A stretch of 55,191 nt of DNA, taken from positions 1-55,191 of the forward strand of contig JAGGZY010000016.1 of NCBI GenBank assembly GCA_021161775.1, read 5' to 3'. Of this stretch, positions 1-10,300 are shown in pieces. Made by a program: the position numbers and the translations under genes. The DNA is from Dehalococcoidales bacterium (GTDB taxonomy: Bacteria > Chloroflexota > Dehalococcoidia > Dehalococcoidales > UBA5760). How positions within the stretch are numbered: the stretch's first letter is position 1; every line of letters begins with the position of its first letter. The notes under the pieces were generated by a model. That model made no database searches and was not told the DNA's origin. It was given only the letters and a program-made list of their open reading frames with translations.

Positions 1-553
1 CACTCTTAATGATTAATCCTGCTGCCAGCAGTTCCTCCTCGGTGTAACCCCTTTCGGTTAGATAGTCCTTAAGGTCTTGCCAGTTATTTAGACTGAAGCC
101 CAGTTGAAAGCTGGCGGTGGTATCTGCGGACAGGCCCCGACGGCGGACATAGTCTCGTGCCGTCTCGGCAGCAGGAGAGATTAGGAGCAAGTGGTGAAAA
201 TACTGCGCCGCCAGCTGATTTAATTGGTAGAGCCTTGCCTTCTCATCCGACTTTGTTCCCGATTCAGCCCTTGAGGGAAGGGTAACCCCAGCCCTCTCTG
301 CCAGCTGGCGTAGTGCCTCACCGAAGCTAATGCTCTCTTTTTTCATCAGGAATGAGAAGACATCACCGCCGGTATTACAGGCGCCAAAGCAGTGCCAGCT
401 CTGTTGCTCCGGGTAGACGAAGAAGGAGGGGGTCTTCTCGCTGTGGAAGGGGCATAGCCCCCGGAGGGTTCGTCCCGATTTGGTTAGGGAGACATACTGG
501 CTAATCACCTCGACAATATCGGTTTTCTGCTTTACCTCATCAACCACGCTCAT
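1..553 (-). CDS. dnaG: DNA primase DnaG, N-terminal part (gene runs off the left edge)
   Basis: Not in the ORF track because it is open-ended. Minus-strand translation from ATG 553..551 reads MSVVDEVKQKTDIVEVISQYVSLTKSGRTLRGLCPFHSEKTPSFFVYPEQQSWHCFGACNTGGD..., the CHC2 zinc-finger N-terminus of bacterial primase. The start overlaps the upstream stop (TAATG). Confidence 0.85.
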   Translation of the reverse strand, partial: MSVVDEVKQKTDIVEVISQYVSLTKSGRTLRGLCPFHSEKTPSFFVYPEQQSWHCFGACNTGGDVFSFLMKKESISFGEALRQLAERAGVTLPSRAESGTKSDEKARLYQLNQLAAQYFHHLLLISPAAETARDYVRRRGLSADTTASFQLGFSLNNWQDLKDYLTERGYTEEELLAAGLIIKS

Positions 554-1593
554 TATATTAGTTCCCGCTCCTTAGCCATCCTTAAGGCATATTGGTCGGT
601 CATCCCGGCGATATAGTCAACTACCCTTCGTTCTGTCTCGTCACTAACCAGGCGATACTCAGGGGGCAGTTGGTCTTCATTTTCCTTGAAGTAGTCATAT
701 AGCTGGCGAATTACCTGTCGGGCGTGTTGAGCTTCGTCCCGGGCGGCGCACTGGTTATATACCCTCTCAAAGAGGAATTGGCGCAGGGTATTGGTTGTCT
801 CCAGAATCTGGGGGCTCATCCCGATAGTCGGGCTACCCGGGATGCCAGAGCCACTGACTGCCCAGGAGCTTTCAATAATATCACCGACCATAGTGTTAAT
901 CCGTTGGGAGTGGGTTAAGCCTAATACCTTAACCGCGGAGAGGGGTAAATCGCCCGGGGTGATGATACCGGCTCGGATAGCGTCATCAATATCGTGATTA
1001 ATATAAGCAACGATGTCGGCAATCTTATTAACCTCACCCTCCAGGGTGTTTACCTTGCCCCAGTCTTGCCCTAGAACCTCAGCCCTTGACTTGGAGTGGT
1101 TAACGATACCGTCCCTTACCTCCCAGGTGAGGTTGAGGCCGTGGCCATCATTTTCTAGCTGGTCAACCACCCGCAGGCTCTGCTCATTATGGCGGAATCC
1201 GCAGTGGTATAATTCATCAAGAACCTCCTCCCCCACATGCCCGAAGGGGGTATGACCCAGATCATGGCCTAGCGAGATGGCTTCAGTTAGGTCTTCATTA
1301 AGATTCAGGGCGCGGGCGATAGTACGGGCAACTTGAGCGACCTCCAGGGTATGGGTGAGTCGGGTTACATAATGGTCACCCATCGGGGCGATAAACACCT
1401 GAGTCTTGTGTTTGAGGCGACGAAACGCCTTGGAATGAATAATACGGTCCCGGTCTCGCTGAAAGGCAGTGCGTATTGGGCAAGGCTCTTCCGGCTTGAG
1501 CCTACCCCACGACCGTTGGCTTTTAACGGCTCGTGGAGAAAGACTTTCCTCCCTTTCCTCGGCTGTCTGGCGAATTTTGAGCTGGCTAATCAT
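553..1593 (-). CDS. dgt: dGTP triphosphohydrolase-like HD-domain phosphohydrolase
   Basis: The ORF has the HD motif region (RLTHTLEVAQVARTIA...GHDLGHTPFGH) and a dNTPase-like C-terminus. The track start is 1623. The internal ATG at 1593 (MISQLK...) overlaps the ppsA stop as ATGATTAG and seems the likelier start. Confidence 0.85.
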   Translation of the reverse strand: MISQLKIRQTAEEREESLSPRAVKSQRSWGRLKPEEPCPIRTAFQRDRDRIIHSKAFRRLKHKTQVFIAPMGDHYVTRLTHTLEVAQVARTIARALNLNEDLTEAISLGHDLGHTPFGHVGEEVLDELYHCGFRHNEQSLRVVDQLENDGHGLNLTWEVRDGIVNHSKSRAEVLGQDWGKVNTLEGEVNKIADIVAYINHDIDDAIRAGIITPGDLPLSAVKVLGLTHSQRINTMVGDIIESSWAVSGSGIPGSPTIGMSPQILETTNTLRQFLFERVYNQCAARDEAQHARQVIRQLYDYFKENEDQLPPEYRLVSDETERRVVDYIAGMTDQYALRMAKERELI

Positions 1594-3853
1594 TAGGTTT
1601 GAGTTTTGCCTCTGCCCGGGCAATTATCTCTCGGGTAATACCAATCATATCTGGGCTTACTGAGACCGAGGTGATGCCCCACTTCACCAGTTTTTCGGTA
1701 AGCTCGGGATAGACTGATGGTGCCTGTCCGCAGATAGAGCAGGTAACCCCCATATCCCGGGATACCGTGATAATGCGTTCTAGAGCGATAAGCACCGCTT
1801 CATTTCGTTCGTCAAAGGTATCCGCCAGTCGCTCATTGTCTCTATCGATACCCAGGGTAAGCTGGGTCAGGTCGTTGGAGCCGATAGATACCCCGTCAAT
1901 ACCAACAGCAAGGAACTTTTCTAGCAGGGTAACATTAGACGGCACTTCAGCCATCATCCATAGTTTGAAATTCTTAGAGCGCTTAAGCCCTACCGATTCT
2001 ATAATCTGCACCGTTTGAGCCAGTTCATTAACCGTGCGTACAAAGGGAATCATCACCCATAGGTTAGGGTAGTCCTGCCTTACCTGCTTAATCGCTTCCA
2101 ATTCTAGCTTGAAGGAGTCGATGTCCCTGACATAGCGAGAGGCTCCCCGGTAACCCAGCATGGGATTCTCCTCGGTTTCCTCGTATTTCTCGCCACCGGT
2201 AAGTTTTCGGTACTCATTAGTCTTAAGGTCGGTGGTGCGGTAGACTACCGGGCGGGGGTTAAAGGCTTTAGTAAAGGTGGTTATCCCCTGAGCCAGTTTA
2301 TCTACAAATTCCTGCCCCCGGTTCTGGTCAAGCATATATTTGGGGTGCTCGCCGATATGAGCAATCATGAATTCAGCGCGGAGCAAACCCACTCCATCTA
2401 CATTACGAGCGGCTATCGAGTCTGCCAGCTCTGGTTGAGCCAGATTTACATAAACCCTGGTTTTGGTCTGGATAGTGTCCTTAAAGATGTCGGCTATCAA
2501 GGTAGTCTTTATTCTTCGGGTTACTTTACCGTCGTAGATTTTACCGTGTGAGCCATCAACGGTGATTATCTGCTTATCGGCGAGGGTGGTGGTAGCCTGC
2601 TCGACACCGACGACGCAGGGGATACCCAGCTCTCTGCTGATAATGGCGGCGTGAGCGGTTCGGCCACCTCGGTTAGTTACAATGGCGGTGGCTCGTTTCA
2701 TCGCCGGCACAAAGTCCGGGGTGGTCATTTCGGTAACCAGAATATCACCATTGCTTACTCGGTTTATTTGGTTAGTATTAAGGATTATCTTTACCGGCCC
2801 TGAGGCTATCCCGGGGCTGGCGGCTACCCCTGATAGCAATACTGGGGCTTTAATTTCAGGTTCAGTCCCGCTGGCTCTCCCTTCCTTGATAGTGGTTACA
2901 GGACGGGTCTGGGTAATAAAGAATTTGCTGCCTTCCTTGGCCCATTCAATGTCCTGAGGAAATTGGTAGTGGGCTTCAATCTGTTTTCCCAGCCTGGCTA
3001 ATTGGATGATATCCTCATCGGTCAGCTTCTGTATAGCCTGCTTAGGGGTGGGGATTGACACCCAGATATTGGGATTCTTGTCGTCGTGGTTAGGGTTTCT
3101 GATTAGCTGGCGGCTCTGGCGGTTTGCCTTCTTAGAGATAACCCTCAGTTTTTCCTTGTCTATAATATACAGGTCGGGGTTTTCCTCTCCGGAGACAATG
3201 GCTTCCCCTAGCCCGTATATCGCCTCAATGATAATCTTGTGGTCATCGTTGGTTACTGGTTCGGTAGTAAACATAACCCCCGAGAATTCAGATTGCACCA
3301 TTTTTTCTACCGGGACAGCAATGCCTACCTGGAGATGGTCAAAACCCTGCTCTTCGCGGTAGAAGATGGAGCGGGCTTCAAACAGGGATGCCCAGCACTC
3401 CTGAACGGCAGTGACGACGGCTTCTTTACCCTGGATATTGAGGAAGGTGCTTTGCTGACCGGCAAACGAGGCTTCGGGTAAATCTTCGGCAGTAGCTGAC
3501 GAGCGTACTGCCACTGGGCCTTGACCTAATTTTAGGTAGGCTTGCTCAATCTCGATGGCTAGTCCTGGAGGTATATTAGCCTCCAGAATTACCTGCTGTA
3601 TCTGCTTGGCAATCTGTTGAAGCTGTTTACTGTTGTTGGTGTCAAGGGGTTGTAATAACCTTCGAATCTTATCGCTGATTTCGGCCTGCCGCAGGAAGTC
3701 AAAGTAGGCATGGGCAGTGACTACAAAGCCCGGGGGAACCGGTATCCCAGCATTGGCCATTTCACCTAGATTGGCGCCTTTCCCGCCGACAGTGGTTATG
3801 TCCTGTCGGGTAATCTCACTAAACCAGATAATTGCCTTTTGAGCTTCAGGCAT
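1586..3853 (-). CDS. ppsA: Phosphoenolpyruvate synthase / PEP-utilising enzyme family (755 aa)
   Basis: The N-terminal ATP-grasp reads VGGKGANLGEM. The central swivel domain carries TNRGGRTAHAAIISRELGIPCVVG, which includes the phospho-His motif. The C-terminus is a PEP/pyruvate-binding TIM barrel. Confidence 0.85.
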   Translation of the reverse strand: MPEAQKAIIWFSEITRQDITTVGGKGANLGEMANAGIPVPPGFVVTAHAYFDFLRQAEISDKIRRLLQPLDTNNSKQLQQIAKQIQQVILEANIPPGLAIEIEQAYLKLGQGPVAVRSSATAEDLPEASFAGQQSTFLNIQGKEAVVTAVQECWASLFEARSIFYREEQGFDHLQVGIAVPVEKMVQSEFSGVMFTTEPVTNDDHKIIIEAIYGLGEAIVSGEENPDLYIIDKEKLRVISKKANRQSRQLIRNPNHDDKNPNIWVSIPTPKQAIQKLTDEDIIQLARLGKQIEAHYQFPQDIEWAKEGSKFFITQTRPVTTIKEGRASGTEPEIKAPVLLSGVAASPGIASGPVKIILNTNQINRVSNGDILVTEMTTPDFVPAMKRATAIVTNRGGRTAHAAIISRELGIPCVVGVEQATTTLADKQIITVDGSHGKIYDGKVTRRIKTTLIADIFKDTIQTKTRVYVNLAQPELADSIAARNVDGVGLLRAEFMIAHIGEHPKYMLDQNRGQEFVDKLAQGITTFTKAFNPRPVVYRTTDLKTNEYRKLTGGEKYEETEENPMLGYRGASRYVRDIDSFKLELEAIKQVRQDYPNLWVMIPFVRTVNELAQTVQIIESVGLKRSKNFKLWMMAEVPSNVTLLEKFLAVGIDGVSIGSNDLTQLTLGIDRDNERLADTFDERNEAVLIALERIITVSRDMGVTCSICGQAPSVYPELTEKLVKWGITSVSVSPDMIGITREIIARAEAKLKPND

Positions 3854-3919
3854 AACAAAATTGCCTCCTTTTTTGGCACAACTACCGTTATTTATTATAC
3901 CATAATTCGGGCAATCTTA

Positions 3920-3948
3920 TTGACAGTGGTGATAATGGCAGGTAGAAT
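3920..3948 (+). promoter_or_regulatory. Sigma-70-like promoter (TTGACA-N17-TAGAAT) upstream of the bifunctional-nuclease gene
   Basis: TTGACA lies at 3920-3925 and TAGAAT at 3943-3948, with a 17-nt spacer. A GGAGGG RBS and the start codon follow about 35 nt downstream. Confidence 0.4.
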
Positions 3949-3981
3949 TGAATTAGGTGAGAAAGGGGAGGGAGTTTGGCG

Positions 3982-4530
3982 ATGATAGAGATGACTATTG
4001 ACAGTATTCGGGTTAGCCTGATGAATTATCAGCGGGTGGTGATTCTGAAGGAGAAAGATAACGGTCGCTATCTACCTATCTGGATTGGGGCTGCTGAGGC
4101 TGATGCTATCGCTGTAAAACTACAGGATGTTAATGTCCCTCGCCCGCTGACTCATGACCTGTTGCAGTCGGTAATTGATGTGCTGGGGGCTAGTGTCAAT
4201 TCAATTATTGTTAGTGATCTCAAGAACGATACCTTTTACGCTCGGATTCTACTTAATGTAGATGGGGGGACGGTGGAGGTTGATTCTCGCCCGAGTGACG
4301 CTCTAGCACTGGCGGTGAGGACCGAGGTACCGATATATACTGAAGAGGCAGTTTTAGACAAGGCAGGTATCTTTCTGGATAAGGAGACGGGCAAGCCGCT
4401 CGCCGAGGAATCGGAGACCGGGGGGTCAGGGGGTAAGGAGATTAGTGAGGAAGAAAGGAAGAAAATGTCAGTCTTTTATGATTTCATTAACACCCTTGAC
4501 TTAGACGACTTTGATAAGCGTAAATCATGA
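3982..4530 (+). CDS. Bifunctional nuclease family protein (BFN/DUF151)
   Basis: The motif run VVILKEKDNGRYLPIWIGAAEADAIAVKL...RPLTHDLL...DSRPSDALALAVR is typical of the family. ATG 3982 follows the GGAGGG RBS. The track uses TTG 3976. Confidence 0.8.
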   Translation: MIEMTIDSIRVSLMNYQRVVILKEKDNGRYLPIWIGAAEADAIAVKLQDVNVPRPLTHDLLQSVIDVLGASVNSIIVSDLKNDTFYARILLNVDGGTVEVDSRPSDALALAVRTEVPIYTEEAVLDKAGIFLDKETGKPLAEESETGGSGGKEISEEERKKMSVFYDFINTLDLDDFDKRKS

Positions 4531-4531
4531 G

Positions 4532-5044
4532 TCAGGTTTTTTGGTTCAGCGAGAGTAAGCCAGGGATAGGCTTAATGACCATCTGTCCCCTATCCAGGTC
4601 AACAGATTTAATGACCTCCTTAATGGCAGGGATAAGAATCTCCCCGCCATCCCCACGGATAACATAGATGTCATTATTCCGGGCAGCTATAATCTCGGTG
4701 ACCTTGCCCAATTGCTTTCCTTGGGTTGTCTGTACCCTAAGCCCGATAATCTGAAATAGGTAGTAGTGCTCCTGGGGTAGGGGTTGGTGATGGTGAGGTA
4801 TCTCAATGGTATTACCCCGCAACTTTCGAGCCTGCTCGAGGCTATTAATAGTGTCCAGTTTGATGATAACTGTTCCCCGGCGCCACTCAGTACTGCTGAT
4901 AGTCATCGGTTGATGATTAATGTAAACCGTCGCCACCGGGGTGAAACGCTGGGGGAAATCAGTAATTACAGCTACCTTCAGCTTACCCTCAATACCACAG
5001 GGACCAAGAACCTGACCTATAACCAGATATTCCGGCTCTGACAC
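4532..5044 (-). CDS. rimM: 16S rRNA processing protein RimM
   Basis: 170-aa ORF with the RimM N-terminal beta-barrel (IGQVLGPCGIEGKLKV) and a PRC-barrel C-terminus. It sits in the conserved rpsP-KH-rimM order. Confidence 0.85.
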   Translation of the reverse strand: MSEPEYLVIGQVLGPCGIEGKLKVAVITDFPQRFTPVATVYINHQPMTISSTEWRRGTVIIKLDTINSLEQARKLRGNTIEIPHHHQPLPQEHYYLFQIIGLRVQTTQGKQLGKVTEIIAARNNDIYVIRGDGGEILIPAIKEVIKSVDLDRGQMVIKPIPGLLSLNQKT

Positions 5045-5097
5045 ACCTACACTAACTCTAGGGATTGTCCAGTGTCTTTAGGGATAAATCGTCTCTT

Positions 5098-5325
5098 TTA
5101 GAGAATCTCCAGTGAGGCTCTGGTGCCGGCTTTAGCCGCTTTTACTCTGATTAGGGTGCGTATGGCAGCAGCAATTCGGCCCTGCTTACCGATAACCCTG
5201 CCCTTATCCTCATCAGCAACCTGCAGGGTAAACTTTACCCCTTCCTCATCGGTCTCTTCATTAACTGCTACATCATCAGGGGCATTGACAATTGACTTAG
5301 CTATGTATTCTATTAGTTCTTTCAT
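5098..5325 (-). CDS. KH-domain RNA-binding protein (YlqC-like)
   Basis: 75-aa ORF with the [21 protein letters not shown] motif, located between rpsP and rimM. Confidence 0.8.
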   Translation of the reverse strand: MKELIEYIAKSIVNAPDDVAVNEETDEEGVKFTLQVADEDKGRVIGKQGRIAAAIRTLIRVKAAKAGTRASLEIL

Positions 5326-5591
5326 GTTGTCTCCTTGATTGTTTTGAACTTTTCTGTGATGCCTAATTTGGCAAGCAGCCGATTAACAGTAGCGGTGGGC
5401 TGTGCCCCGCGGCTTAGCCAGTGTAGCGCTTTAGCTTCATCGATGAATACTGTCTCCGGGTCAGTTAAGGGATTGTAGTGTCCGATAATGGCGATGAACC
5501 TTCCGTCACGAGGGGCTCGAGAATCGGCAACTACCACCCGATAACTCGGCTTTTTTTTAGCCCCCATCCGTCGTAACCTAATCTTTACCAA
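5322..5591 (-). CDS. rpsP: 30S ribosomal protein S16
   Basis: The sequence [40 protein letters not shown] is canonical S16. TTG at 5591 gives the usual MVKIRL N-terminus behind an AAGGAAGG RBS. The track start is 5597. Confidence 0.9.
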   Translation of the reverse strand: MVKIRLRRMGAKKKPSYRVVVADSRAPRDGRFIAIIGHYNPLTDPETVFIDEAKALHWLSRGAQPTATVNRLLAKLGITEKFKTIKETT

Positions 5592-5637
5592 TCCCAAAAC
5601 CTTCCTTATCGGTATTATATTTTATTATGCTCTATTA

Positions 5638-6420
5638 ATGGTTAAACTGTCAATAGGCTTGATTATATGCTGCCTATGGTTGCCAGCGGGGTTTTATGGT
5701 GACTATAATTGGGTAGTGAAAGTAGTGAGTCTACATAGCTGGCAGATTAATGTTACTCAGGCGCTACAGATACAGCGGAGCCTGTCGGCCAAGGTATTAA
5801 CTGAGGGGGAGCTAACTGAGGTTAACCTTGTAGCTGGGGTGGATGCCTCGGTGGACCAGGGGCGGGGGACAGCTACTGCCGCCGCTGTAGTGTTACAGTA
5901 TCCCCAACTCAGGGTGGTCGAGGTAAGAATAGCCACCGGGAGGCTCAGTCTACCCTATATTCCAGGGCTATTGTCCTTTCGGGAAGCACCATTAATGCTC
6001 AGTGCCTTTGAGCAGTTGGGAATTACCCCTGACCTTATTCTGGTTGATGGACAGGGTATTGCCCACCCGCGACGCCTGGGGCTGGCTTCCCACCTGGGAC
6101 TATTTCTGGATACCCCGACTATTGGTTGTGCCAAATCACGGCTCTGTGGTCGACACGAAGCACCCGCTGAAGGGGTAGGCAGTTATGCCGAGATAATAGA
6201 TAATGGCGAGGTTATCGGGGCAGTCCTGCGTACCAAGCCTAGGGTAAAGCCGATTTATGTTTCTGTTGGCCATAAGATTAGCCTTACGTCGGCTATTCGC
6301 TGGGTGCTGAGGTGCACCCGGGGGTATCGTTTGCCGGAGCCGACCCGAATGGCTCATCTGGCGGCGGGGGGTAACCTAAAATTGGAGAGGGACGTTATAA
6401 CTACTACGGTAGACGGTTAA
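5638..6420 (+). CDS. nfi: Endonuclease V (deoxyinosine 3' endonuclease)
   Basis: Family motifs are present: LVAGVDAS..., YIPGLLSFREAP, ILVDGQGIAHPRRLGLASHLG, YVSVGHKISL. The true start is probably the in-frame GTG at 5716 (MKVVSLHSW...), because the first 26 codons look non-homologous. Confidence 0.85.
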   Translation: MVKLSIGLIICCLWLPAGFYGDYNWVVKVVSLHSWQINVTQALQIQRSLSAKVLTEGELTEVNLVAGVDASVDQGRGTATAAAVVLQYPQLRVVEVRIATGRLSLPYIPGLLSFREAPLMLSAFEQLGITPDLILVDGQGIAHPRRLGLASHLGLFLDTPTIGCAKSRLCGRHEAPAEGVGSYAEIIDNGEVIGAVLRTKPRVKPIYVSVGHKISLTSAIRWVLRCTRGYRLPEPTRMAHLAAGGNLKLERDVITTTVDG

Positions 6421-6445
6421 GATTTGTATAAGGATTGGAGGATAG

Positions 6446-7550
6446 ATGTCAGAATTAACCGACGCGCTAAAGGATCTGCAGGATAGGGTATCGATGGCAT
6501 TGGTACATCTTTGACATTGCAGCTAAAGAGAAGGAGATTAAGCAATTGGAGAAGCTGTCGGTGGAGCCTGATTTCTGGCTAGACCAGGCTAAAGCTCAAA
6601 CAGTAATGCGTCAGCTGGCGGATAGCCGGCGGGCGGTAACGAGGTGGCGGGGGCTGGAGAAGAAACTGGCTGATATCGCTGAGCTGGTCTCGCTGGTGGA
6701 CGGGGATAATCATCTTGGGGCAGAGATTGGCTCGGAGGTAAAAGCGGTGGCTTCATATTTGGATAAGCTGGAGCTGGAACTGGCATTTACCAGTAAGTAT
6801 GATAGCCGAAATGCTATTCTATCCGTCCATGCTGGAGCCGGAGGCACCGAATCTCAGGACTGGGCAGGGATGCTGATGAGGATGTACCTCCGTTGGGCAG
6901 AGCGGCGTGGCTATAAGGTAGAGGTATTGGATGTTTCTCCGGGGGACGAAGCGGGGATAAAAAACGCCGTTATTGAGATTAATGGTAGCTATGCCAGTGG
7001 CTATCTTAAATCAGAGCGTGGGGTGCATCGGCTGGTGCGTTTGTCTCCCTTTGATGCTGACCATGCCCGACATACCTCCTTTGCTCTAGTTGAGGTTATG
7101 CCTGAAGCTGAAGGTGATGTTGAGGTCAGTATCGCCCCTGATGAGCTAAAGGTTGAGGTGTTTCGCTCTAGTGGGCCTGGGGGGCAGCATATGCAGAAAA
7201 CCAGCAGTGCCGTCAGGATGATTCATCTGCCTACCGGGATAGTAGCTACTTCCCAGAGCGAACGCTCCCAGCATCAGAATAAAGAGATTGCTTTGAGGAT
7301 ACTGAGGTCCCGTCTGCTAGAACGGGATCTTAAAGAAAAGGCTGCCGAGCGAGCTAAGCTTAAGGGGAAGCATGTCACGGCGGGGTGGGGCAATCAGATT
7401 CGGAGTTATGTTCTCCATCCCTATCGGATGGTCAAGGACCACCGCACCAATTATCAAACCGGTGATACCGATGCTGTGCTGGACGGCAAAATAGATGACT
7501 TCATCACCGCTTATCTACGGTCAATTATGGGTCAAGCAGAGAATGATTAA
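6446..7550 (+). CDS. prfB: Peptide chain release factor 2, with programmed +1 ribosomal frameshift (join 6446..6511, 6513..7550)
   Basis: Frame-0 leader: MSELTDALKDLQDRVSMALVHL, ending in CTT TGA C (CTT 6509-6511, TGA 6512-6514). Shifting +1 at CTT-T joins it in frame to the track ORF 6546..7550, which carries the SPF and GGQ (SSGPGGQH) motifs. Confidence 0.9.
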
Positions 7551-8691
7551 GAAAGTTAGTGCCTTAGTTTTAACAGTTTTCTTGCTTCTGACCGTGCTGG
7601 CGCCTGGCTTGGTTAGCGCTCAGCCTGAGCTAACCATAGTGAGTAGCTCGGCGGAGGCAGATTTTCCGACCAGCCTGAATTTTAGTGTATCTGCCGAGAG
7701 CAATGTTGATATTACTGATATTCGTCTCCACTACCGGGTTGACCGTATCAGCCTGGCTCAGGTAACCAGCGAGGTGTATATTGAGTTTACCCCGGCGAAG
7801 GCGGTATCGATTAACTGGCCACTACAGATGGTGAAGATAGGCGGATTGCCCCCGGGGTCGGGGGTGGATTATTGGTGGACGGTGGAGGATGCCGCGAGTA
7901 ATAAGCGAGAGACGGCTCCGGCACGAGTTCAGTTTGATGATGAGCGCTATTCCTGGTCCAGTTTAACCGAGGGTGAGGTAACCCTCTACTGGTATGAGGG
8001 GGATTTGGCTATTGCCCGGCGGTTAATGACGGTGGCTCAGCAGACGCTGGTGTGGCTAAAGGAGGATACTGGTGCCGAACTGGAACGACCGGTCAGGATA
8101 TATATCTATGCTGACTCCCGGGACCTGCAGGGGGCGATGATTTATCCTCAGGAGTGGACCGGGGGGGTCGCCTTTACCCGGTTTGGCACGGTGGCTATCG
8201 GCATATCCTCAACTGACCTTGACTGGGGTAGTCGTGCAATTGCTCACGAGCTGACCCACCTGGTTATCCATCAGGTAACCCTTAATCCCTACAGCGATTT
8301 ACCGACCTGGCTTGATGAGGGTCTGGCGATGCACACTGAGGGCCCTTTGGAGCCAGTATTTGTCGCCAGTCTCAATAGAGCGATAGAGGAGAATAGCCTA
8401 ATCTCGGTGCGGAGCCTGCTGTCTCCGTTCTCGGCTTACCCCGATAAAGCTACCCTCTCCTATGCTCAGAGCTATAGTCTGGTGGAGTTTCTGCTCAGTA
8501 ATTACGGGCATCACAAGATGCTGGAGCTGTTAGAGGCGATTAAGCAAGACGATACCTGCGACGGTATTCTGGAAAAGGTATATGGCGTTAATGTGGATGG
8601 TCTGGATAGCCTGTGGCAGCAGTGGGTGCCGGGTTGGGTAAAGAGTCAGCTTCCGTCATCGAAGAATAAGGAGCCGGTGCCAACATATTAG
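7543..8691 (+). CDS. Secreted zinc metallopeptidase, peptidase-MA-like (HEXXH)
   Basis: ATG 7543 overlaps the prfB stop (ATGATTAA). A signal peptide is present (MIKKVSALVLTVFLLLTVLAPGLVSAQ). The HELTHLVIH motif is followed by WLDEGLAMH, as in MA-clan peptidases. Confidence 0.7.
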   Translation: MIKKVSALVLTVFLLLTVLAPGLVSAQPELTIVSSSAEADFPTSLNFSVSAESNVDITDIRLHYRVDRISLAQVTSEVYIEFTPAKAVSINWPLQMVKIGGLPPGSGVDYWWTVEDAASNKRETAPARVQFDDERYSWSSLTEGEVTLYWYEGDLAIARRLMTVAQQTLVWLKEDTGAELERPVRIYIYADSRDLQGAMIYPQEWTGGVAFTRFGTVAIGISSTDLDWGSRAIAHELTHLVIHQVTLNPYSDLPTWLDEGLAMHTEGPLEPVFVASLNRAIEENSLISVRSLLSPFSAYPDKATLSYAQSYSLVEFLLSNYGHHKMLELLEAIKQDDTCDGILEKVYGVNVDGLDSLWQQWVPGWVKSQLPSSKNKEPVPTY

Positions 8692-8713
8692 GTATTTTAG
8701 TTGGTTTAAAATA

Positions 8714-10300
8714 ATGAAAAAGATTGTCATTATAGTTTTATCGGTATTAGTGTTGGGTAGTCTGCTTGTTACTGGCTGTCCGTCACCAGCTCCTGCCCCG
8801 GCGCCACCGGGGAAGGAGCTCAACCTGTATGGCATTGACCCGCTGACCCTGGACCCGGCAGTCTCCGGCGAGATGACCTCTCACGGGTATGTAATGGAGC
8901 TTTTTAGCGGATTGGTTCGCCTTGATGATAATCTTGAGCCGGTGCCAGATATTGCCCAGAGCTGGCAGCTTAGCGATGATGGCCGGACATATACCTTCCA
9001 TCTGCGGCGGGGGGTGAAGTTTCACGATGGCCGACCGGTTACTGCTGCCGATATTAAGTATTCCTGGGAGCGGGCGTGTCGTCCAGAGACTGCCTCTCAA
9101 ACGGCGGCTAGCTATCTGAATGATATCGTCGGGGCAGAGGAGGTCCTGGCTGGTAGGGCGACTGAGCTTAGCGGGGCCAGGGTTATTGATGACTACACCT
9201 TGGAGGTAACTATCGATGCCCCTCGGTCCTATTTTTTGGCTAAGCTGAGCTATCCCACCGCCTTTGTGGTCGACCGAAATAATGTTGCTTCAGGGAAGGA
9301 TTGGTGGCATCAACCTAACGGCACCGGCCCATTCAGGCTCAAGCAGTGGCAGAAAAATAGCTTGCTGGTTTTGGAGAAGAATGAGCTTTACTATGGCCAG
9401 ATTCCTAAGGTGGATACGGTGGTTTTTCACTTGTATGCCGGGGTGCCGATAAATATGTATGAGACAAGTAAAATTGATACTGCTAGCGTCGCCGTTAGCT
9501 ATATTGATAAGGTTAGTGATAAGTCTGGTCCTTTTTATCAGGATTTAAAGGTCTTCCCTGAGCTGAGCCTGTCCTATATCGGGTTTAATACTACCCGCCC
9601 CCCATTTGATGATGCCAATCTGCGGCGTGCCTTCGCTCTGGCTATCGATAAGGAGAAACTGGTCTCGCTGGTCTTTAGGGATATGGCACAACCGGCTAGA
9701 GGTATCCTGCCGCCAGCTATGCCGGGCTATAATGAAAATCTAATTGGATTGGGGTATGACCCTGAGTTGGCTAAGGAGCTGATAGCTAACTCAAGCTATG
9801 ATGATGTGGCTAATCTGCCGCCGATTACCATCACTACCTTAGGACAGGGGGGGCTAATCTCTGGTTCCCTTGAGGCGATTATCGGGGAGTGGCGGCAGAA
9901 TCTGGGGGTAGAGGTGAAGGTGAGGCAGTTGGAGGAGGCGCGGTTTATGTATCACCTGGAAGAGGAAGTCGACGAGATGTTCTTTAGTGGCTGGGTGGCT
10001 GATTACCCCCATCCTCAGGATTTTCTGGGGCTGTTGTTCCACAGCGGCGCCGAGTATAACTATGGTGGTTATAGTAATACTGAGGTAGATAGCCTGCTGG
10101 ACAGGGCAGGTGTAGAACTGGAGCGCCAGGCGAGTCTAGCCTTATATCGGCAGGCGGAGCAAAAGCTGGTGAGCGATGCCGCTAGTATCCCGTTGTGGTT
10201 CGGCAAGAATTATGTTCTGGTCAAGCCCTATGTTAGCGGTTATGAGTTAAATCCCCTGGGGATAGCAATGCTGAACCGGGTATCGATCAAGCCCCACTAA
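8714..10300 (+). CDS. ABC transporter substrate-binding lipoprotein, family 5 (peptide/nickel type)
   Basis: Lipobox LLVTGC, then the typical SBP_bac_5 layout (LDPA..., LVRLDDNLEPVPDIAQSW, HDGRPVTAADIKYSWER). No permease or ATPase genes are adjacent. Confidence 0.85.
   Translation: MKKIVIIVLSVLVLGSLLVTGCPSPAPAPAPPGKELNLYGIDPLTLDPAVSGEMTSHGYVMELFSGLVRLDDNLEPVPDIAQSWQLSDDGRTYTFHLRRGVKFHDGRPVTAADIKYSWERACRPETASQTAASYLNDIVGAEEVLAGRATELSGARVIDDYTLEVTIDAPRSYFLAKLSYPTAFVVDRNNVASGKDWWHQPNGTGPFRLKQWQKNSLLVLEKNELYYGQIPKVDTVVFHLYAGVPINMYETSKIDTASVAVSYIDKVSDKSGPFYQDLKVFPELSLSYIGFNTTRPPFDDANLRRAFALAIDKEKLVSLVFRDMAQPARGILPPAMPGYNENLIGLGYDPELAKELIANSSYDDVANLPPITITTLGQGGLISGSLEAIIGEWRQNLGVEVKVRQLEEARFMYHLEEEVDEMFFSGWVADYPHPQDFLGLLFHSGAEYNYGGYSNTEVDSLLDRAGVELERQASLALYRQAEQKLVSDAASIPLWFGKNYVLVKPYVSGYELNPLGIAMLNRVSIKPH

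Noticed and set aside
8714-10300. The orphan family-5 substrate-binding protein as part of a novel transporter or peptide-signalling system with the upstream secreted metallopeptidase.
   Set aside because: No permease or ATPase genes, and no peptide precursor gene, are visible nearby. Orphan SBPs are common. The pairing is noted but there is no sequence evidence for a functional link.
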